Shown in pieces: positions 10,494 to 23,365 of a stretch of 64,000 nt of DNA. Within the stretch, counting starts at the first letter, position 1, and every line of letters begins with the position of its first letter. The stretch is from Squalus acanthias. Its lineage: Eukaryota. The stretch covers positions 930,001 through 994,000 of the forward strand of contig JASTWF010000048.1 of the NCBI GenBank assembly GCA_030390025.1, given 5' to 3'. The notes beneath the pieces are model-generated. The model saw nothing but the letters and a program-made list of their open reading frames with translations. It had not been told where the DNA came from and searched no databases. The position numbers and the translations under genes were made by a program.

Positions 10494-13427
10494 GGAGGAA
10501 AAAGAGTGGAAGAGCTATAGTGATAGGGGACTCAATTGTAAGGGGAATAGATAGGCGTTTCTGCGGCCGCAACCGAGACTCCAGGATCCTGTGTTGCCTC
10601 CCTGGTGCAAGGGTCAAGGACGTCTCGGAGCGGCTACAGAACATTTTGGAGGGGGAGGGCGAACAGCCAGCTGTCGTGGTGCACATAGGCACCAACGATA
10701 TAGATAAAAAAGGGGATGAGGTCCTAAAAGCAGAATATAGGGAGTTAGGAGTTAAATTAAAAAAGAGGACCTCAAAGGTAGTAATCTCAGGATTGCTACC
10801 AGTGCCACATGCTAGTCAGAGTAGAAATAGGAGGATACTTCAAATGAATACGTGGCTAGAGGAATGGTGCAAAGGGGAGGGATTCAAATTCCTGGGACAT
10901 TGGAACCGGTTCTGGGGGAGGTGGGACCAGTACAAACCGGACGGTCTGCACCTGGGCAGGACCGTGACCGCTGTCCTAGGGGGAGTGTTTGCTAGTGCTG
11001 TTGGGGAGGATTTAAACTAATGTGGCAGGGGGTTGGGAACCTGAGCAGGGAGACAGAGGAAAGCATGTTACGAAGGGACAGAAGGTATGGAGTAAAAGGT
11101 AAAGTGGTAAATAAGGAAAAAGCAGGAAGTAAGTGTCGCAAAACACATTTGAAAGCTCTTTATCTGAATGCACGTAGCATTCGTAACAAAATTGACGAGT
11201 TAACGGCACAAATAACTATGTATGGGTACGATCTTGTGGCCATTACAGAAACATGGCTGCAGGGTGAAAACGTCTGGGAATTAAATATGCCAGGGTATTT
11301 AACAATCAGGAAGGACAGGCAGGAAGGAAGGGGAGGGGGGGAGGGGTGGATATGTTAATAAAGGAAGGAATCACTGTAATACAGATAAATGATATTGGGT
11401 CAAAAGATCAGGATAATGAAACAGTTTGGGTAGAGATTAGGAATAATAAGTGGAAAAGAACACTGGTGGGCGTAGTATATAGGCCTCCTAATAGTTGCAA
11501 CTCTGTTGGAAGAAGTTTTAATCAGGAAATAGTTGGGGCATGTAATAAGGGAACAGCTATAATTATGGGGGATTTTAACTATCATATTAACTGGACAAAT
11601 CAAATTGGGCAGGGCAGCCTTGAGGAAGAGTTTATTGAGTGTCTTAGGGATGAATTTCTTGAGCAGCATGTAACTGATCCTACAAGGGGGCAAGCAACCT
11701 TGGACCTGGTACTGTGTAATGAGTCTGGATTAATTAATAATGTCCTAGTTAAGGATCGCCTTGGAATGAGTGACCATAACATGGTTGAATTCCATATCCA
11801 ATTAGAGCGTGAGAAGGTTGGTTCTCAAACAAGCATACTGAGCTTGAATAAAGGAGACTATGATGGCATGAGAGCAGAATTGATTAAAGTGGATTTGGAA
11901 AATAGATAAAGGTTAAGACGGTACATGAGCAGTGGTGTTCATTCAAGGAGTTATTTTACAACTTTCAAAATAAATATATTCCACTGAGGAAAAAAGGGTG
12001 TAAAAGAATATAATTTAATAGGACAAAGTCAGCATGGCTTTATGAAGGGGAAGTCATGTCTGACAAATTTGCTCGAGTTCTTTGAGGACATAACGTACAG
12101 GGTGGATAAAGGGGAACCAGTAGATGTAGTGTATTTAGACTTCCAGAAGGCATTCGACAAGGTGCCACATAAAAGATTATTACTTAAGATAAAAAATCAC
12201 TGGATTTGGGGTAATATTCTGGCATGGGTGGAGGATTGGTTATCTAACAGGAAGCAGAGAGTTGGGATAAATGGTTCATTCTCGGACTGGCAACCAGTAG
12301 CCAGTGGTGTTCCGCAGGGGTCGGTGCTGGGTCCCCAACTCTTTACAATCTATATTAACGATTTGGAGGATGAGGCCGAGTGTTCATATCAAAGTTTGCA
12401 GATGATACAAAGATGGGAGGGAAAGTAGAAAGTGAGGAGGACATAACAAACCTACAAGGGGATATAGACAGGCTGGGTGAGTGGGCAGAGATTTGGCAGA
12501 TGCAATACAATATTGGAAAATGTGAGGTTATGCACTTTGGCAGGAAAAATCAGAGAGCAAGTTATTATCTTAATGGCGAGAAACTGGAAAGTACTGCAGT
12601 TCAAAGGGATCTGGGGGTCTTGGTGCAAGAAAATCAAAAAGTTAGTATGCAGGTGCAGCAGGTGATCAAGAAAGCCAATGGAATGTTGGCTTTTATTGCT
12701 AGGAGGATAGAATATAAAAACAGTGAGGTATTGCTGCAGTTATATAGGGTATTGGTGAGACCGCACCTGGAGTACTGCATACAGTTTTGTTGTCCATACT
12801 TAAGAAAAGACATACTTGCTCTCGAGGCAGTACAAAGAAGGTGCACTCGGTTAATTCCGGGGATGAGGGAGTGGACATACGAGGAGAGGTTGAGTAGATT
12901 GGGACTCTACTCATTGGAGTTCAGAAGAATGAGAGGCGATCTTATTGAAACATATAAGATTGTGAAGGGGCTTGATCGGGTGGACACGGTGAGGATGTTC
13001 CCCAATGATGGGTGAAACTAGAACTAGGGGACATAATCTTAGAATATGGGGCTCCTCTTTCAAAACTGAGATGAGGAGAAACTTTTTCACTCAGAGGGTA
13101 GTGGGTCTGTGGAATTTGCTACCCCAGGAAGCTGTGGAAGCTACTTCATTAAATAAATTTAAAACAGAAATAGACCGTTTCCTAGAAGTAAAGGGAATCA
13201 GGGGTTACGGGGAGCGGGCTGGAAATTGGACATGAGTTTGAGTTCGGATCGGTCAAGGCCCTGTGGTTGGCGGAGCGGGCCCAGGGACCGAGTGGCCTGG
13301 TCCTTCTTCTGCTTCTTGTGTTCTTTAGAGTTGAGGTTGGATCAGATCAGCCATGATCTCATTGAATGGCGGAGCAGGCTCGAGGGGCCGAATGGTCTAC
13401 TCCTGCTACTATTTCTTATGTTCTTAT
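10494..13427 (+). mobile_element. CR1 LINE element B nested in A: ORF1 SGNH esterase, APE endonuclease, internally deleted RT
   Basis: 10520-11020 GDSIVRG...GARV...HIGTND...DGLHL (SGNH). 11020-11909 LNARS, ITETW, GDFN, LDLVL, SDH (APE). 12042-13015 RT with [10 protein letters not shown] and KFADD. Confidence 0.92.
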
Positions 13428-13834
13428 GAGATGAGGAGGAACTTCTTCACCCAGAGACTGGTGAACCTATGGAATTCTCTACCACGGAAGGCTGTTGAGG
13501 CCAATTCATTAAATATATTCAAGAAGGAGTTAGATATATTTCTTCAGGCTAAGGGGATCATGGGATATGGGGAGAAAGCAGGGACAGGGTACTGAATTTG
13601 GATGTTCAGCCATGAGCTCATTGAATGGCGGAGCAGGCTCGAGGGGCCGAATGGCCTGCTCCTGCTCCTATCTTCTATTTTTCTATGTTTGCGATTCACG
13701 TACTGCGGCGTATAAAAGGCGGTATAAAAACTCCCAGAAACTGAAGCCACATTTTCAGCTTTAATATTGCACAAATAGTGGTAGATCGAACGAGTTGACT
13801 GAGATGTTCACTGGCGTCACGATGAGCCTTGAGT

Positions 13835-15050
13835 AGACGTGGAGAAAATGTCTCCTCTCCTGAGGATGTATAAAACTAGGGTCCCTAAATATAAGATAGT
13901 CACCAATGAGTCCAATAGGGATTTCAGGAGAAAAATCTTTACTCAGAGAGCGGTTAGAATGTGGAGCTCGCTACCACATGGTGTAGTGGAGGCGATTGCA
14001 TAGATGCATTTTAGCGAAATCTATATAAGTACACGAGGGAGTAAGGAATAGAATGATGTGCTGAGAGCGTTAGATGAAGAGGGGTGGATGAAGTCAGGTG
14101 TGGAGCATAGACGCCGGCATAGACCAGTTGGGCCGAATGGCCTGTTTATGTGCAGTAAGTTAGTTGGGATTCCATGTAACGAACAGATTACCAGACTCTC
14201 GTTCTGATATTTCCCTGACGAATGTATTCATAGAGTCTTGAGTCATGGAGTCATAATGGCACAGAGGAGGCCATTCGGCCCATCAAGTACGCGCCGGCTC
14301 TCTGTAGAGCAATCCAGTCATTCCCATTCCCCCGCTCAATCCCCGTAGCCCTGCAAGTTTATTTCCCTCGATGCGTATCCAGTCTCCCCTTGAAAACATT
14401 TCGTGTCTCCACTTCCACCACTTCCGTCGGCAGCGAATTCCAGGTCCTCACCACTCGCTGCGTTAAAAACGTTTTCCTAACATCCCCCCTGTATCTCTTG
14501 CCCAAAACCTTAAATCTGTGTCCCCTAGTCCTTGTACCATCAACTAGTGGGAACAGCCTTCGCTGTTTAGACTATCTAACCCGTCATAATCTTGTACACC
14601 TCTATCAAATCACCCCTTTAACTCGTTTGCTCGAATGATAACAAATACAGCTTCTCCAACCTTTCATTGTAGCTAAGATCACCCATCCCTGAACCATTGT
14701 GGTAAATCTCCTCTGCACCCTCTCAAGGGCGTTCACATCCTTCCTAAAGTGTGGTGACCAGAACTGGGCGCAATACTCCAGTTGGGGCCTAACCAGCGCT
14801 TTTAAAAGCAGCATAACCTCTCTACTTTTGTACTGATTACCTCTATTAATGAAGCCCAATATCCCATATGCTTTGCGAACCACCCTCTCACTATGTCCTG
14901 CCCCCTTCAGGGACCTATGCACATTAACTCCCAGGTCCCTCTGTCCCTGCACACTGTTTAAAACTGTGTCATTAAGTGTATATTGCCTCTCCCCGTTCCT
15001 TCTTCCAAAATGTATCACCTCACACTTCTCTGTATTAAATTCCATCTACA
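13835..15050. mobile_element. CR1 fragments, paralogous to 4720-5870
   Basis: ORF 14605-15045 (-) MEFNTEKCEVIHFGR...VRPQLEYCAQFWSPH; colinear with the V2 upstream region. Confidence 0.8.
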
Positions 15051-15196
15051 CCTGGTGTTAAGTATTATTGGTTGAGATTGATATGACGCAATTTCCTCCC
15101 TGCACCCTTTACTTGAAACGTAACTTGAGGCAGAATTCAACATTCACGCCCAATATTTCGATCCTGTAACTATATCTGTGTGTATGGGAATCTAAA

Positions 15197-15927
15197 ATGA
15201 GATCGATTGTTGCACTCTTTGCCTTTATTCTGCATTGTCCATGTAAGTATATCAGTCTTTTCTATTGGTTAAGCAATTGGTTTACTTTGTGTAAAATTAA
15301 AAGTAATTCATTGAACAAGAAGTGCGCCATAAACGATTTCAAATTCCACTAATGACAAACTACTTCATCATTTAAGTTGAGTGCCGTTCTCTTTTATACT
15401 TCAGATCTCTAACAGTGACAGATGTTTATTTTTAACTTTAGTTTTATTTACACCACTTCACAAGGTTGATTTCTACCTTGTGTGGTAGCTGATTAATAAT
15501 TACGTGCTGTATGATTCCTAACATCATGCAAATGCATTGCGATGCACTCGAGCTGTATTGAACCTGAATTCTCGTGATATTGCTACTTGAACTGAGTCCT
15601 GCGTCTTGTTCCCCGCTTCAGACTTTTGCCGGAGTGCTTTAGTGTCTCAATTTCCCAGAGAACTGACGGTGGGACGAGGGGACAGCGCAACGTTCACCTG
15701 TTATCAGAACGACACCGACTACATCAGGATGCTCTGGTACCGCCAGTCCAGAGGAGAAGGTCTCCAGCTTATGGTGATGGACGTGTCTGGGAGCAAAGCG
15801 ACTTTCGAGGAAGGATTCAGGACGGGCTTCGAGGTCCTGAGACCCGACCTGAAAACGAGCCATCTGAAAATTCCGACCGTCGGTCCCGGCCATACGGCGG
15901 TGTATTACTGCTGCGCCAGTGATGGTG
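15197..15927 (+). CDS. TRBV: TCR beta variable gene V3 (leader 15197-15242, V exon 15622-15927)
   Basis: Leader MRSIVALFAFILHCP + GTAAGT. V exon YFCRSALVSQFP...TFTC...LWYRQ...TAVYYCCASDG. Consensus RSS. Confidence 0.93.
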
Positions 15928-15966
15928 CACAGTGCTGCAAAGCCCTTCCGCACAATGACAAAAACC
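15928..15966 (+). other. V3 3' RSS: CACAGTG / 23 bp / ACAAAAACC
   Basis: Perfect consensus. Confidence 0.95.
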
Positions 15967-17449
15967 TCCCAGTGTTATTTCTGTCGCTATCGCAATTCGG
16001 TCCGTTTGGCATCGGCTGACATTTTCTCGTATTCTTTGTGTGTCTAGGTCTTGCTGTTTCCGCTTCCAGACTGTGCTTTTCTTACAATCATAGAAATTTA
16101 CGTCAGAGCGGGAGGCCGTTCGGCTCATCCTATCCTTGTAGGCCGAAAAACAGCTATCCAGCCTTATCCCACTTTGCAGCTCCTGGTCCGTAGGCTTGTA
16201 GGTTACGGCACTTCAAGTGCATATCCAAGCACCTTTTAAATGCGATGAGTGATTCTGCCTCGACCACCCTTTCAGGAAGTGAGTTCCAGACCCCCACCGC
16301 CCTCTGGGTGAAATAAGGATCTCCTCAACTCCCCTCTAATCCTTCTGCCAATTACTTTCAATCTATGCCACCTGGTTATTGATCACTCTGCCTATGGAAA
16401 TAGGTGCCTCCGATCCACTCTATCTAGAAATAAAGAAATAAATCAAGACTTGCATTTATATGGCGTTACTATCGCCAAATAGTTTATAGATCATAGTTTG
16501 GACATCTGCAATGTACTCACCAACTTTCTTTTATACCCGGGGATGGAAACCATCTGGTCCTGGGAGTTTGTCACTCTTTAGTGCATTTATTTTCTCCATT
16601 ACTGTTATTTTGCTTTCGTCAATTTTATTGAGTCCCTGTCCCTGATTCAGCATTAGTTTCTTTGGGATTTCTGGCATGCTATCCTCTTCTTCTACTGTAA
16701 ATACTGACGCATGGAGTCTAACCCCCTACGCTTGACATTCAATGGCATTACCATCGCCGAATCCCCCTATATCAACATCCTGGGGGGTCACCATTTAACA
16801 GAATCTTAACTGGAACAGCCACATAAGTAATGTGCCAACAAGAGCAGGTCAGAGGCTGGGTATTCTGCGGCGACTGTCTCACCTCCTGACTGCCCAAATC
16901 CTTTCCACCATCTACAAGGCACACGTAAGGAGTGTGAAGGAATAATCTCCACTTGCCTGGATGAGTGCAGCTCCAACAACACTCAAGAAGCTCGACACCA
17001 TCCAGGACAAAGCAGCCCGCTTGATTGGCATTCCATCCACCACCTTAAACAATATTTCCCTCCACCACCGGCGTACCGTGGTTGCAGTGTGTACCATCTA
17101 CCAGATGCATTGCAGCAACACGCCAAGGCTCCTTTGGCAGCACCTTCCCAAACGCGCGACCCATTCCACCTAGAAGGACAAGGGCAGCAGGCGCATGGGA
17201 AGACCAACACCTCCAAGGTCCCCTCCAAGTCACACACCACCCTGACTTGGAAGTATATGGCTTTGTCAAATTCCTGAAACTCCCTCCCTAACAGCACTGT
17301 GGGAGTACCTTCATCACACGACTGCAGCGGTTTAAGAAGGCGACTCACCACCACCTTCTCAAGGGCAATTAGTGATGGGCAATAAATGCTGGCCTTGCCA
17401 GCGACGCACACATACCAGAAACGAATAAAACAAAAAGCGATTTTCTCGA

Positions 17450-17810
17450 CCACTGGACGTCTCAAAGCGCTTTACAGCCAATGAAGTTCTTTTTTCAGTG
17501 TAGTCACTGTTTTAACGTAGAAAATGCGGCAGCCAATTTCAGCGCAGCACGCTCCCACAAACAGCAATGTGATAACAACCAGATAATCTGTTTTAGTGAT
17601 GTTGATTGAGGGATAAATATAGGCCAGGGCATCGTGGATAACTCCCCTGCTCTTCGTCGGACTAGTGCCACGGGATCTTTTGCGTCCATCCTCGGTTTAA
17701 CGTCTCATCCGAAAGATGGCATCTCCGGCAGTGTGGCGCTTCCTCAGTACTGCACTGGAGTGTCAGCCTAGAAAGTTGTGCTCAAGTGTCTGGATGGGAT
17801 TTGAACGCTG
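17450..17810 (-). mobile_element. DeuSINE-like SINE
   Basis: Reverse complement of the 2841-3250 body (CCTCAGTACTGCACTGG, GGGATCTTT, CCCCTGCTCTTC). Confidence 0.65.
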
Positions 17811-17872
17811 GCCCCTCATAGTTTTATACAAGGAACAGAGAAAAGTTTAGACCGAGAGACAGACAGACACAC

Positions 17873-18288
17873 NNNNNNNNNNNNNNNNNNNNNNNNNNNN
17901 NNNNNNNNNNNNNNNNNNNNNNNNNNNNNNNNNNNNNNNNNNNNNNNNNNNNNNNNNNNNNNNNNNNNNNNNNNNNNNNNNNNNNNNNNNNNNNNNNNNN
18001 NNNNNNNNNNNNNNNNNNNNNNNNNNNNNNNNNNNNNNNNNNNNNNNNNNNNNNNNNNNTAGAGATAGAGATAGCTAGAGATAGAGAGATAGATAGATAG
18101 ATAGATAGAGAGATAGAGAGATAGAGAGATAGTTGGATAGATAGGNNNNNNNNNNNNNNNNNNNNNNNNNNNNNNNNNNNNNNNNNNNNNNNNNNNNNNN
18201 NNNNNNNNNNNNNNNNNNNNNNNNNNNNNNNNNNNNNNNNNNNNNNNNNNNNNNNNNNNNNNNNNNNNNNNNNNNNNNNNNNNNNNNN
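17873..18288. other. Two N-runs (17873-18059, 18146-18288) within GA/GATA microsatellite
   Basis: N bases flanked by (GATA)/(GA) repeats; masked or unresolved sequence. Confidence 0.95.
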
Positions 18289-18319
18289 GCAAACCGTGAG
18301 CAATGCCTCGACATTTACA

Positions 18320-19010
18320 TCAGAACATAAGAAATAAGGGCAGGAGTAAGCCGTAAGGCTCATCGAGCCTGCTCCGCTATTTAGTTAGGATCTACAGGAA
18401 CCTCTACATCAATTCCACATTCCTGCCCTATCCCCATATCTCTTAATTCCCTTCGTGTCCAAAAATCTATCGATCTTATATCTTGTAATTACTCAACCAC
18501 TGAGCATCCATCGCCCTCTGGGGTAGAGAATTCCAAAGATTCAAAACCTTCTGAGTGAATAAATATCTTCCCATCTCAGTCTTAAATAGTCGGTGCGATA
18601 TCCTGAGAATATTATCCCTAGTTCTGGCGTCTCCAGCTAGGGGAAACATCCTCCCTGCATCTAGCCTGTCAAGCCCTGTAAGAATGGTGTATGTTTCAAT
18701 GAGATCACCTCACCTTCTTCGAAACTCCAGAAAATATAGGCCCAATCTGCTCAATCCCTCCACATAGGACAACCCCCCTCATCCCAGGAATCAATCTAGT
18801 GAAACTTGGTTGCACCCCTCTAAGGCAAGTTTATCCTTTTTGCTAAGGAGACCAACACAGTACACAATATTCTTGGTGTGGTGTCCCCAAAACCCAACAT
18901 ATTTGCAGGAAGAGTTCCGTACTCTTATTCTCCAACCCCCTTCCAATAAAGGCCGTTTGCATTCCTAATTGCTGTTAACTTTCTGTGATTCGTATACAAG
19001 GACACAAAAA
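18320..19010 (-). mobile_element. CR1-type LINE 3' fragment
   Basis: Colinear with the 40-780 fragment. Confidence 0.75.
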
Positions 19011-19688
19011 TCCCTCTTGTAACAACAATAATGAGAATAACGCTGTTATCTAAATTACTGATTCTGTTGCCCGAGTACTGTTGGTCGAGACACAAATATT
19101 TTTAAATTGTACTGGCGTTCTCGAGATTGACGTCCTGCCGTCATTTTCCCTTGGGTTTTATGAAGCTGGAGTCTTACCGGGCTCCTGGCGCTAGATTTGC
19201 ACTCTTCTTTATGGAGTAATTATATTTTGAACATCACCAGCCTCCGTTATTTCCAGCGAAGTGCAAAAGCACAGGTGTTCTCTTATAATTCGACTGAAAG
19301 TGCACGAACGCTCTTCGGAAGTTTTCTCACATGTCAACATTATGAATTGTTAACCTTTACATTCACACTCTAGGATCGAGCAGCGCTATTACAGTCTAGG
19401 TTGAAGCTGTTACACGGAATTTGAAGCGTTAGGTGAGGGCACGTTTCCAGGAATGGCTTCCAATTTATGCATCTTAGACCCAATGCCAGTTGTGCGGAGT
19501 GGAGAAGCCTCTCTTTGCTGTCAAGTTCTGGTCTTCGATGGCAATAAATACGGTCTCTGAAAATAGGTAGCAATTATCAAACGACGAATGCGGCCCCAGT
19601 AAGAGGATTCCATCACACTCCTGAATTGTGCCTTGTTGGTCCACTACTTCAGATGAAAATTAATCAGATTCCATTGTATTCTCCTCGC

Positions 19689-19706
19689 CGCCACCAGAGG
19701 GCGCAC
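19689..19706 (+). promoter_or_regulatory. Candidate CTCF site CGCCACCAGAGGGCGCAC
   Basis: Close match to the CTCF core CCACCAG(G/A)GGGCGC, in unique sequence ~1.6 kb upstream of the V4 leader. Motif evidence only. Confidence 0.65.
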
Positions 19707-20282
19707 GCCCCAAACACTTTCTGATATTGAAATAGATTTTCTCACTATCAGAAAGGATATATATATTTGAGCTTATGGGCACTCTGGTCAACTACGCCAT
19801 TTGCTGCAGGGTTATATAAGAAAAAATAAAGAATTTATTCTTCTCTTTTTTTTATCATTCACTCAACCGTGTTCAACCTTGTGTAATTTCTATAACGCCT
19901 TTAACATTTATTTTGTTCGTTCACGGGATGTGGGTGTCGCTGGGAAGGCCAGCATTTATTGCATATCCCTCGTTGACCTTGAGAAGTTGGTGTTGAAGTT
20001 ATTTCCGCAGTGCTGTTAGGGAGGGAGTTCCAGGTGGTGGTGCTGCCTGAAAGACTTGGCGAGTTGCTGCAGTGCATCTTGCAGATGGTACACCCTGCAG
20101 CGACGGGACACCGGTGGTGGATGTTGTGAATGTTTAAGGTGGTGCAAGGGGTGCCAATCTAGCAGGCTGCTTTTTCCCGGATGGGGACGAACTTCTTGAG
20201 TGTGGTTGGAACTGCACTTATCCAAGCAAGTGAAGAGTATTCCATTACACTCCTGACTTGTGCCTTGTAGCTCCACTACTTC

Positions 20283-21070
20283 AGAACATCCCAAAGCTTC
20301 ACAGAAATGAAATACGTTTTTGAAGTGTAGTCAGTATTGCAATGTAGGAAACGCAGCAGTCGATTTGCGCACAGCAAGCTCCCACAAACAGCAATGGGAC
20401 AATGACCAAATAATCTGTTTTTCTGAAGTTGGTTGAGGGGTAGATATTGGCCAAGACACTGGGGAGAACTCCATTGCTCTTCTTCGAAATAGTGGCTGTG
20501 GCATATTTTACGTCTACATGAGAGTGCAGATGAAACCTTGGTTTTACGTCTCATCCAAAAGACAGCTCCTCCGACAGTCCCTCGGCACTGCCTGTCCGAC
20601 AATGCAGCACTCCCTCAGTACTGCCCCTCCGTCAGTGCAGCATTCCATCAGTGCTGAGCCTCCCACAGTGCAGCACTCCCTCAGTACTGCCCCTCTGACA
20701 GTGCAGCACTCCCTCAGTACTTCCCCCTCCGACAGCGCAGCGCTCCCTCAGTACTGACATCTGACAGTGCAGCACTCCCACAGTACCACCCCTCTGAAAG
20801 TGCAGCGCTCCCTCAGTAACGCCCATCCGATAGTGCAGCGCTCCCTGAATACTGGCCCTCCGACAGCGCAGCACTCCCTCAGTAATGCTCCTCCAACAGT
20901 ACAGCTCTCACTCAGTACTGATCCTCCGACAGTGCAGCACTCCCTCAGTACTGCCCCTCCAACAGTGCAGCGCTCCCTCAATACTGGCCCTCGGACAGTG
21001 CAGCGCTCCCTCAGTTCTGCACTGGTGTCTCAACTCTCTGTCGTGTGTCTTGAACCCACTAATCTCTGAC
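20283..21070 (-). mobile_element. DeuSINE-like SINE with internal 33-bp tandem expansion (~20570-21025)
   Basis: SINE body on the - strand with ~13-14 copies of CCCTCCGACAGTGCAGCGCTCCCTCAGTACTGC. Confidence 0.8.
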
Positions 21071-21272
21071 TCAAAGACGTGGTTCCACCCACAGAGCCAC
21101 GGCAGATATGTAAGAACGCAACAGAGGAGGTGATCAGTCATACAGGGTACCTTGATCTCCTCACATGCGAAGATATTGTGAATACTAGATCGTCTTTCGA
21201 GATAACCAGCTCGCTATAGAATAACAAGACAACCAAGACACGGAAGCAAGCGCTCTTTGGCAAGAACCAAGA

Positions 21273-22137
21273 ATGCATCCCGACTTATATCTTATTATCC
21301 TACTATTGCCGTGTAAGTAATATTATCCTCCAGCATCATTTAATTAGCTTATTTTTGCAGAAATAGAAAATGTTTTACTAAATGTTTGGGATTGAACTGG
21401 GTGACTTCCCATTCTTGTGAACTCGAGTATATTTATCGCATTATACTGAAAACAGAGAGAAGAACCTTTTTGTCGTGATGGACCGGCCATCACTTGTTGG
21501 ACCAATTGGTCTTTTTCTGCCCTTACGCATGTTGGCAAACTTCAAACAAAGTAACGTCAAGCAAGCCCACTTTTAAAATCCTGAATAGGAGTAGATTTTT
21601 GTTTTTTTAAAACGTCAAAAAATCCGAATATAAATTTTCTGTGACCATTTTAGTTCGTACCTACCGTGCGAATACAGCAACTTCAATGCATTTCGAGTCT
21701 GACAGTGGAGCGTGTCTGATAGCAACTTTTGGCATTCGCAGCAAGTTGCTGTGCCATTTGCGCCCGGAGCCTCGCGGTTATTTGTATTCCTCTTGTTTAA
21801 AACTGATTTCGTATTTTCCGTTCGCAGACGGGATTTCTCAGGAGCAACACCGCATCTACCAGTCGCCAACTCAGCGGTCTGTGGAACCGGGAGGGACCGT
21901 CAACCTAAATTGCCGACAGAGTCAGTCGCTGGAGTACATGCACTGGTATCAGCAGAAGGCAGCTGAGGGATTTCGACTGCTTTTGCACTCGTATATCTAT
22001 AGCAAGGACATAGAGAAAGAAAAAGGCATCGGGGATCGGTACGAATCGACGAGGAAAGACATGAAAAATATTGTCCTGCACATAACCGGCGTTGAAACAG
22101 ATGATGAGGGGACCTATTACTGCGCGGCTAGCAGCAT
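21273..22137 (+). CDS. TRBV: TCR beta variable gene V4, D-proximal (leader 21273-21312, V exon 21828-22137)
   Basis: Leader MHPDLYLIILLLP + GTAAGT; acceptor TTCGCAG. V exon YGISQEQHRIYQSP...VNLNCRQ...MHWYQQ...DEGTYYCAASS. Confidence 0.93.
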
Positions 22138-22176
22138 CACAGAGGTAAAAACGAGTGATCTTGCAGTTCAAAAACC
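22138..22176 (+). other. V4 3' RSS: CACAGAG / 23 bp / TCAAAAACC
   Basis: Read directly. Confidence 0.92.
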
Positions 22177-22254
22177 TACTGAGCCACCCATTCGCAGATC
22201 CGCATTTGTGTCGCGCCTTTAAAGTCAAAACGTCACAAGGTGTGCAAATCGGTC

Positions 22255-23170
22255 AACATTTAATGCATTTGGGGATGGCTAACAAGGAAAGGGGATACAC
22301 ATTCAATGCTAGGACACTGAGAATTGTAGAGAAACAAAGGAATCTTGGAGTGCAGGTCCACAAATCCCTGAAGGTAGCAGGCCAGGTAGATAAGGTGTTT
22401 AAGAAGGAATACGGGATGCTTGCCTTTATTAGCCGAGGCATAGAATATAAGAGCAGGGAGGTTATTCTTCAACTGTATGAAACACTAGTTAGGCCACAGC
22501 TAGAGTGCAGTTCTGTTCAACACATTGCAGGAAAGATGTGATTGCACTAGAGAGGGTACAGAGGAGATTTACGAGGATGTTGCCTGGGCTGGAGAATTTT
22601 AGCTACGAGGAAAGACTGGATAGGCTGGGTCTGTTTTCTTTGGAACAGAGGAGGCTGAGGGGAGACCTTATTGAGGTGTATAAAATTATGAGGGGCCTAG
22701 ATAAAGTGGTTAGAAAGGACTGTAGGAGGTATGATCAGTAAGTTCGCAGATGACACGAAAATTGGTGGAGTGGTAAATAGCGAGGAGGGAAGCCTCAGGC
22801 TAGAGGACGATATAGACGAGATGGTTAGATGGGAAGAACAGTGGCAAATGGAATTTAACACTGAAAAGTGTAAGGTGATGCATTTTGGGGGGACTAACAA
22901 GGCAAGGGAATACACAAAAAATGGGAGGACCCTAGGAAGGACAGAGGATATATTTTCACCCAGAGGGTGGTGCGGGTCTGGAACTCACTGCCTGAATGGG
23001 TGAAGAGGCAGAAACCCTCACCAAATTTAAAAAGTGCTTGGATGTGCGCTTGAAGTGCTGTAACCTACTAGGATACGGACCAAAACCCGCAAAGTGGGAT
23101 TTAGGTTGGATAGCTCTTTGTCGGCCGGCGCGGACATGACGCGTCGAAATGACCTCCTTCCAAGCTATGA
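22255..23170 (+). mobile_element. Rearranged CR1 RT fragments
   Basis: ORFs ...GIEYKSREVILQLYETLVRPQLE, ...QRRLRGDLIEVYKIMRG and [13 protein letters not shown]. Confidence 0.8.
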
Positions 23171-23365
23171 ATTACAATAATACTATGAGTTGACACAGAG
23201 CCACATAAGGATATATTAGGGCAGGTGAGCAAATGCTTTGTAGGATTTGAGGAGCGTCTTAACGGAGGAGAGAGAGGTAGAGAGGTTTAGGCCGGAAATT
23301 CCAGAGCTTAGGGTCCAAAGCAGCGAAGGCACAGATGTAAGATTCTGTCAGTATTACTGAAGTGA

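Noticed and set aside
10520-11020. Host GDSL/SGNH lipase gene
   Set aside because: Sits directly upstream of APE and RT domains; it is CR1 ORF1.
19373-19432. Exon-like segment (CTCTAG acceptor, AG/GTGAGG donor) upstream of V4
   Set aside because: Stop codons in all three frames and no other support.
3319-22222. ORF-track starts and ends for the V genes (3319-3756, 6428-6835, 15606-16019, 21641-22222)
   Set aside because: They run into introns and through the RSS; the true limits are the splice acceptor and the heptamer.
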